Shown in pieces: positions 58,967 to 64,000 of a stretch of 64,000 nt of DNA. The DNA comes from a virus. The notes beneath the pieces were generated by a model, which did not search any database, had not been told where the DNA came from, and saw nothing but the letters and a program-made list of their open reading frames with translations. The number at the start of each line of letters is the position of its first letter. Positions within the stretch are counted from its first letter, which is position 1. A program made the position numbers and the translations under genes. Location: the IMG/VR virus record IMGVR_UViG_3300035698_010959; one strand, 5' to 3'.

Positions 58967-61240
58967 TTACCTTGCTAGTGGGTCGATCTTGTAGACATCA
59001 ATTATCGTCCCATCTTCATTGTATATTTGTCCCGTAGGAACCGTCGTGCCAACATGTCGAAGCGCGCCTGCGGTCTGCTCCAAATGGTAGGTGTCCTGGT
59101 CGGCTGGCACAAGCACGGAAACAACACAGTCAATTAGTGATATATCATCGGCTGCATCACTTGCCAAGATCCCTGTTGCGCTACCGCCGGTTATGCTTGC
59201 ACATGCAGACACATCTTCGAGGATATAACAGTGATCCAGTGTGCCACCCAACGATCCACCACCATTGCAAATGCACCCAATAGAACCAGCCGCCGCGTCT
59301 ATTGGTATATTAGCGAACGTTGTATATCTCGCGTTGAGAACAGCCGCCGTACCCAACTGACAAATTGGGGTACCAGCACCGAGAGCATCGCCTCGCAGTT
59401 CGAGATAACAATGATCGAGTTGTATTGTACAAGTAGTTGCTAGGTTGGTATCTATTGTGCCGACATCCACGCTGTAAAGCCTACAGTAGCGTAACTCAAT
59501 CACAGGATCACCAAGCAGATGAGTGAGCCCCCCAGGGCTACTCATGTTTTCAAAGTCCACGTTATAGGCATAGATATTCGTTCCGGTGTTTTGAAACTCA
59601 TCGCCGCCGCAGTTCAAGGTCAGGTTAGCCATTGACACAGCAGCAGTAGCAATAAAGGCCGTGCCGGTTATGATAGTTCCCTCACGGCTTTCGCCTATAA
59701 TATGCAAATCCTTGGATATGTCAGTTGCATCCTCACTATAGGCTCCGTTCTCCAGCAGAAGAATATCCCCAGTACTGGCTGCTGCTATAGCATCGGCAAG
59801 CGTACCAGTGCCCGGAGAGACAACCGTAGTGGGTATAACTAGTATCGGCGCGTTTCCTGCTGCTGCTACAGCTGCTTTTATTGTGCTGTAGGTACCTTCT
59901 TTTTCAAGAGTAACTGCTTGTCTTGGGGACCATAGTGTTTCAATTGGTAGCACTTTAACTGCTTGATTTGGTGTATAGTCTAGAGTAGTGCCTGGATAAG
60001 TTAATACAGTTGTTGGAAGAGCTAATGTTGCTCCATCTGTTATAGCTGCGTTATTAGCTGCTTGTATAGTTGTGTAGTTTCCATTACCACTTATATCGAC
60101 TGTTAGTAGTCTAGATATATTGCGACTAAAAGATTCTTGATGATAGCCATCCAATAAATCTGCGTTTAAATTACTATTTAGTGTGGTAGATGTTGCTGCA
60201 TATGGCTGAGTCCCTATTGTAACTTCTGAAACAAATCTGTTTCCAGTTAGTGTTCCTGGACATTTGCTGTCTCCTGATATAGTTCCTGTTGAAGTTTTAT
60301 AGTCTGTTCCATATACGTTTAGTGTTCCGGCTGCTTGATATAGGTCATATGTGTTTGCTCCTCCAGATGCAGTAACTTGTCCTCCATATACATTAATTGT
60401 AGATAAAGCTTGATCCATGTATAGTCCATAAGAATTAGCTATTCCTCCACTATCTCTTGATATCATTTGACAGTTATAAAAATTTATATTTGCAATCTGA
60501 CTACTGAAAATCCACGCAACATAAGCAGGGTATCCAAGAGTTGTTTGTGTATTTTCTGAATAAAGCCTACATCCAAAGAAGTTAGCTGTTGTATCGTTGT
60601 CTTGCGCTATACAGCTTGTTCTATGAGTCGTTTCAGAAAGATTTTTAATATATATTTCAGAGGAATATATGTTAATATTTAATCCACCAGCTGCAAAACC
60701 AATATACTCGCTTTCCATTTTTGTATTATATATTGTAAAATTATTTATGCTTTTTTGAAAACTTCTGATTGCATAGGCTTTACCATATATATAACAATTA
60801 CCAATTGTTAAATCGGTTAAAGTGTCTGCTGCATTTATTCCCCATCCACTTGTATTACTTACAGATAGGTTTTCAATTGTTATATAGTTTGCCAATGTAA
60901 GGGTAGCTACATATGCTTTTGAATATTGAATACTTGTTTTTTCAACAGCTGTTCCTAGTAAACTTACATAGTCTTTACATGTTATTTGTTCCTCATATAT
61001 TCCAGGTGGAATCTTTACTACGTATGGAGTAGAACTAGAAGCATCTGTAATACTATTAATTGTTGCTTGTATTGAACCGCTAGTTGTACCGGATACCCAT
61101 ACTTCTGTACCACTAAAAGCAGAATGTGTTTGTATAGCTATTACAGAATTTTGTAAGTCGTTTATATGGGAGTATTCTACATTATTTGCATTTGTTTTTG
61201 TTGTAAATGTATCTATTGTTGTTGGGAATGTTGAGGCCAT
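58967..61240 (-). CDS. tail fibre/spike with pectin-lyase-like beta-helix modules (family II)
   Basis: STFPTTIDTF...HINDLQNSVIAIQ; SIQATI...IPPGIYEEQI; NLNADLLDGYH; TIQAA-like repeats. Confidence 0.75.
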   Translation of the reverse strand: MASTFPTTIDTFTTKTNANNVEYSHINDLQNSVIAIQTHSAFSGTEVWVSGTTSGSIQATINSITDASSSTPYVVKIPPGIYEEQITCKDYVSLLGTAVEKTSIQYSKAYVATLTLANYITIENLSVSNTSGWGINAADTLTDLTIGNCYIYGKAYAIRSFQKSINNFTIYNTKMESEYIGFAAGGLNINIYSSEIYIKNLSETTHRTSCIAQDNDTTANFFGCRLYSENTQTTLGYPAYVAWIFSSQIANINFYNCQMISRDSGGIANSYGLYMDQALSTINVYGGQVTASGGANTYDLYQAAGTLNVYGTDYKTSTGTISGDSKCPGTLTGNRFVSEVTIGTQPYAATSTTLNSNLNADLLDGYHQESFSRNISRLLTVDISGNGNYTTIQAANNAAITDGATLALPTTVLTYPGTTLDYTPNQAVKVLPIETLWSPRQAVTLEKEGTYSTIKAAVAAAGNAPILVIPTTVVSPGTGTLADAIAAASTGDILLLENGAYSEDATDISKDLHIIGESREGTIITGTAFIATAAVSMANLTLNCGGDEFQNTGTNIYAYNVDFENMSSPGGLTHLLGDPVIELRYCRLYSVDVGTIDTNLATTCTIQLDHCYLELRGDALGAGTPICQLGTAAVLNARYTTFANIPIDAAAGSIGCICNGGGSLGGTLDHCYILEDVSACASITGGSATGILASDAADDISLIDCVVSVLVPADQDTYHLEQTAGALRHVGTTVPTGQIYNEDGTIIDVYKIDPLAR

Positions 61241-61264
61241 GATATGTGGTTAATCTCCTACGCG

Positions 61265-64000
61265 CTAGTCAAATACTACTGGAAGATAGGTTAACTCTGG
61301 TTTAATTTCTTCATCTGTAAACCAGTGTGTCGGTCTATCTCCCCATGATGCTGTTCCTACTATTAGAGGTAATGATTCTTTTATATTGTTAGATATTACG
61401 TGCATTATTTCTGTATCTTTTCTTGCTTCAAAGTCTTTTTTATTTGCTGGGCTCCATGTTGTTATGTCATGTAAACATGCTACATAGTATAGTCCTGATG
61501 CTACGTTTGCTGAGGTTGGTATTACTGTTGATAGATAGCCATCAGATGCAGTTTTTGTATAGTTTTTGTATTTATATTGTGCTTTTACTTCTGCGTTTAG
61601 TGTTGTTCCAAAGCTTATTGTTCCACCAGATACAACAAGATTTGGGTAGTTATATGTTGTAACATGTATTCCATCTGCAAATAGTAGATAATTGTTTTCC
61701 CATTCTCTTTTTGATGAGTAATATACTCCCCCACTACCTGAATAGGTCAATAATTCATCTGAGATTGTTTGATACTCTGGTAATGTAGATATTGCAATAT
61801 CTATTACTCCTGTTATGCCGCTTGAGATTGCGTCAAATGTAGATACTCCATCCCAGGTTCTTAGTGTTACTAGTCCTAAATCTAATGCTATAGCAGAAGA
61901 TAGTGTTTTTCCAAAGCTTCCTCTATCTATATTATTTGCAAAGAATAATCTTTGTAAGAGGTTTCTATTTGATTCATATTCTATTCGTTCAATTCCAAAA
62001 GGTGATGCAAAGGAATCTAATGCATTTGGAATTGTTTGGAACTCTACTGGAGCTAACTCTAGCCCTAATTGTATTTGTCCCGATGTTGAGAGTATTGATG
62101 CTAATCTTTCCCAACTTCTATAAAATACTGTTGTTGCTCCAGATGTTGGTAAGTCTGCTGTTACACTGGTAGTAGACCATACAAGGTTTCTTGCTGGGAA
62201 TTTTTGTACTTTGAAGTTCTTTGGTAGGTTTTCATACCATGGAGAAAATACAGTATACCATACGGGTGTGTCTGGATGTATTGAGCTTGGTACTTCACTT
62301 ATGGTAATAGGTGCTCCACTTGCGGTTGTTGTAAATGATTGAACTTCAAGATTTCTTAGATATACATATGTATCATATGGGTCATTTTTTGTATCTTGTA
62401 AAAATGCTCCTGGTACCCATACAGCATCATAGCTACTAAAGAAATCAGCGTAAGAAGTTGCTCGTCTTATAGAGTAAGTTATAGAGCTAACAGTTAAAAG
62501 TATTGTAGATGTTACTGATGTACTTACTGGAATACGAGCAAACCATAAATAACTATCTGTTTCTAGTTCAAAAGTAGAAGGTAATGAGTTATTTACAGAT
62601 GTATCTACATAATCTTCTGCTACTCGTAGCGCATAGCTTGAAGATGTTACCCATTTTCTGAGTAATAAATCGTCTGCTGATATTGTCGATTGTGGTGGTT
62701 CAAATCCAGTAGGAAGCGTTGGAGCCCATGGATCAGGTACATATATGTCTGGTAGATCTGGAAGACCTGTTCCACCAGAGGGTGCAGCAGGGGGCGACGG
62801 TATTTCTGGATCAACAGGAGGAGGTGGAGGACTAGGAGGAGATGGAGGTGGGTCTGTTGGTGCTTTTTCTCCAACTCCATATGCTATTATACTAGCAATT
62901 GGATCTGAGGCTTCAATGGTTTCTTCTCCATAAGCTGTAGAGGTTATTCTGTTATTTACTGCGATTACAGCTGAGCCAACTTGTGTTGTTCCTACAGTTA
63001 GTCCATGACTTACGAATTTACCTCCAGTAGAGTCTAAGTTTTGATTTCTATCTGAATCTACTAAGTCTGTTATTTCTACAGATGTTCCTTGTGTATTCCA
63101 TCCAGCAAATCCACATAGAAGCCATCCAAGTCTGTGTTCTAATGGTAGTATATTTGTAGAATTATATCCAAGGGCTCCTGTTCCATTTCCAAAGTCCATT
63201 GGATTTTTTATTTGCATACTTGTATATGCTTTTCTTATTTGTAATGGAAGCACACTTAAGTTACTTCCTGGAACAAGGTGCTGTGTTTTAAATAAATCTA
63301 ATGCCCAAAAGTCTTCGTTTTCATAGAAGTTCCATGTATGGCTACCAACATAAGTATATGCTATATCTCCTTGTGTTTGTTTGGCTCCTACATACATAGT
63401 TCCTGCAAGCCCATCTACACCAAATACCTCTACAGGCGCTTCCCATAACGTAGGTATTGTTTTGTTATAGTTAATTACATATGTAGGAAGAGAGTCAACC
63501 AATAACCTTCCTACAATAGTGGATGATTTGTAGCCCATGCAAATCGGAGCGTTGTGTGCTGTTATGCTACCAAAGTAAAAACCATATAGTTGTTCAAAAG
63601 TAGTTGCTTCTCCAGATAGTTGATACACTGTTACATCTATTTGATCTATAGATGTTAGCCATGTTGGAGGTGTTGCGCTTGGACCAAAGGAACTTGGAAC
63701 TTCCGCTGATATAAGATCAATTATTTCTCCTTGTCTTACTCCTGTCCAGGTTCCTATTCCATTAAGAACTACATTTGCATAGGCATCTGTATCGTCTGAA
63801 GACCAGCCAAACACCATGTATCTAAAACCAGAGGTATTGAATGCTGCTCCAGTCCAAGATAAATCCATACTTGCTCCAGATACCATCTCTACCTGTACAT
63901 TGTCACTTGATTGAAATATTCCATTGTCTGGTTGTGACCAATCTCCAGATGCATCAAATGTTACTAGGTTGTTGGTTGATATATGGGATATGTATGCTGC
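61265..64000 (-). CDS. large structural protein, 5' end outside the window
   Basis: Frame open to 64000; NALDSFASPFGIERIEYESN baseplate-wedge-like motif; Pro-rich linker. Confidence 0.65.
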   Translation of the reverse strand, partial: AAYISHISTNNLVTFDASGDWSQPDNGIFQSSDNVQVEMVSGASMDLSWTGAAFNTSGFRYMVFGWSSDDTDAYANVVLNGIGTWTGVRQGEIIDLISAEVPSSFGPSATPPTWLTSIDQIDVTVYQLSGEATTFEQLYGFYFGSITAHNAPICMGYKSSTIVGRLLVDSLPTYVINYNKTIPTLWEAPVEVFGVDGLAGTMYVGAKQTQGDIAYTYVGSHTWNFYENEDFWALDLFKTQHLVPGSNLSVLPLQIRKAYTSMQIKNPMDFGNGTGALGYNSTNILPLEHRLGWLLCGFAGWNTQGTSVEITDLVDSDRNQNLDSTGGKFVSHGLTVGTTQVGSAVIAVNNRITSTAYGEETIEASDPIASIIAYGVGEKAPTDPPPSPPSPPPPPVDPEIPSPPAAPSGGTGLPDLPDIYVPDPWAPTLPTGFEPPQSTISADDLLLRKWVTSSSYALRVAEDYVDTSVNNSLPSTFELETDSYLWFARIPVSTSVTSTILLTVSSITYSIRRATSYADFFSSYDAVWVPGAFLQDTKNDPYDTYVYLRNLEVQSFTTTASGAPITISEVPSSIHPDTPVWYTVFSPWYENLPKNFKVQKFPARNLVWSTTSVTADLPTSGATTVFYRSWERLASILSTSGQIQLGLELAPVEFQTIPNALDSFASPFGIERIEYESNRNLLQRLFFANNIDRGSFGKTLSSAIALDLGLVTLRTWDGVSTFDAISSGITGVIDIAISTLPEYQTISDELLTYSGSGGVYYSSKREWENNYLLFADGIHVTTYNYPNLVVSGGTISFGTTLNAEVKAQYKYKNYTKTASDGYLSTVIPTSANVASGLYYVACLHDITTWSPANKKDFEARKDTEIMHVISNNIKESLPLIVGTASWGDRPTHWFTDEEIKPELTYLPVVFD

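Noticed and set aside
1357-62933. Many plus-strand ORFs in the track
   Set aside because: Antisense shadows of strongly biased minus-strand genes; no RBS or motifs
1166-64000. Genome-wide TAG recoding (alternative genetic code)
   Set aside because: Only one internal TAG was found; many genes end in TAG right at the next gene boundary, and long ORFs are intact under code 11
1-64000. CRISPR array, DGR, integrase or IS element
   Set aside because: No repeat-spacer array, reverse transcriptase, recombinase or transposase seen

Overview
AT-rich (roughly 30% GC by eye), gene-dense segment of a large tailed dsDNA bacteriophage. Nearly all genes are on the minus strand; only ~1.2 kb at the left end is on the plus strand, with higher GC. 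In transcription order (right to left): (i) ~44-64 kb, large Ser/Thr-rich virion (baseplate/tail fibre-like) proteins forming two internal paralog families, one fibre carrying a foreign-looking high-GC C-terminal module; (ii) ~29.7-44 kb, six tRNA genes (Asn, Val, Ala, Arg, degenerate Asp, Gly), a GHL15-like glycoside hydrolase, cREC receiver protein, transaldolase, UDP-glucuronate decarboxylase, HslV-like protease with SEC-C, a DUF5664-HNH fusion, dCMP deaminase and a DnaB-type helicase; (iii) ~4.9-29.7 kb, a 25-gene nucleotide-sugar biosynthesis, tailoring and glycosyltransferase cluster with no export or polymerase genes; (iv) RecU, GroES, a catalytically dead terminase-like ATPase and a sigma factor. 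Best candidate for an undescribed system: a phage-encoded rare-sugar glycosylation pathway (GDP-heptose/octose route with 3-dehydratase, ThDP branching enzyme, aminotransferase, B12 radical SAM and methyltransferases, plus a second AlsE/SIS/kinase/HAD/nucleotidyltransferase module), plausibly decorating the S/T-rich virion proteins. All protein calls come from motif recognition by eye; no searches were run.
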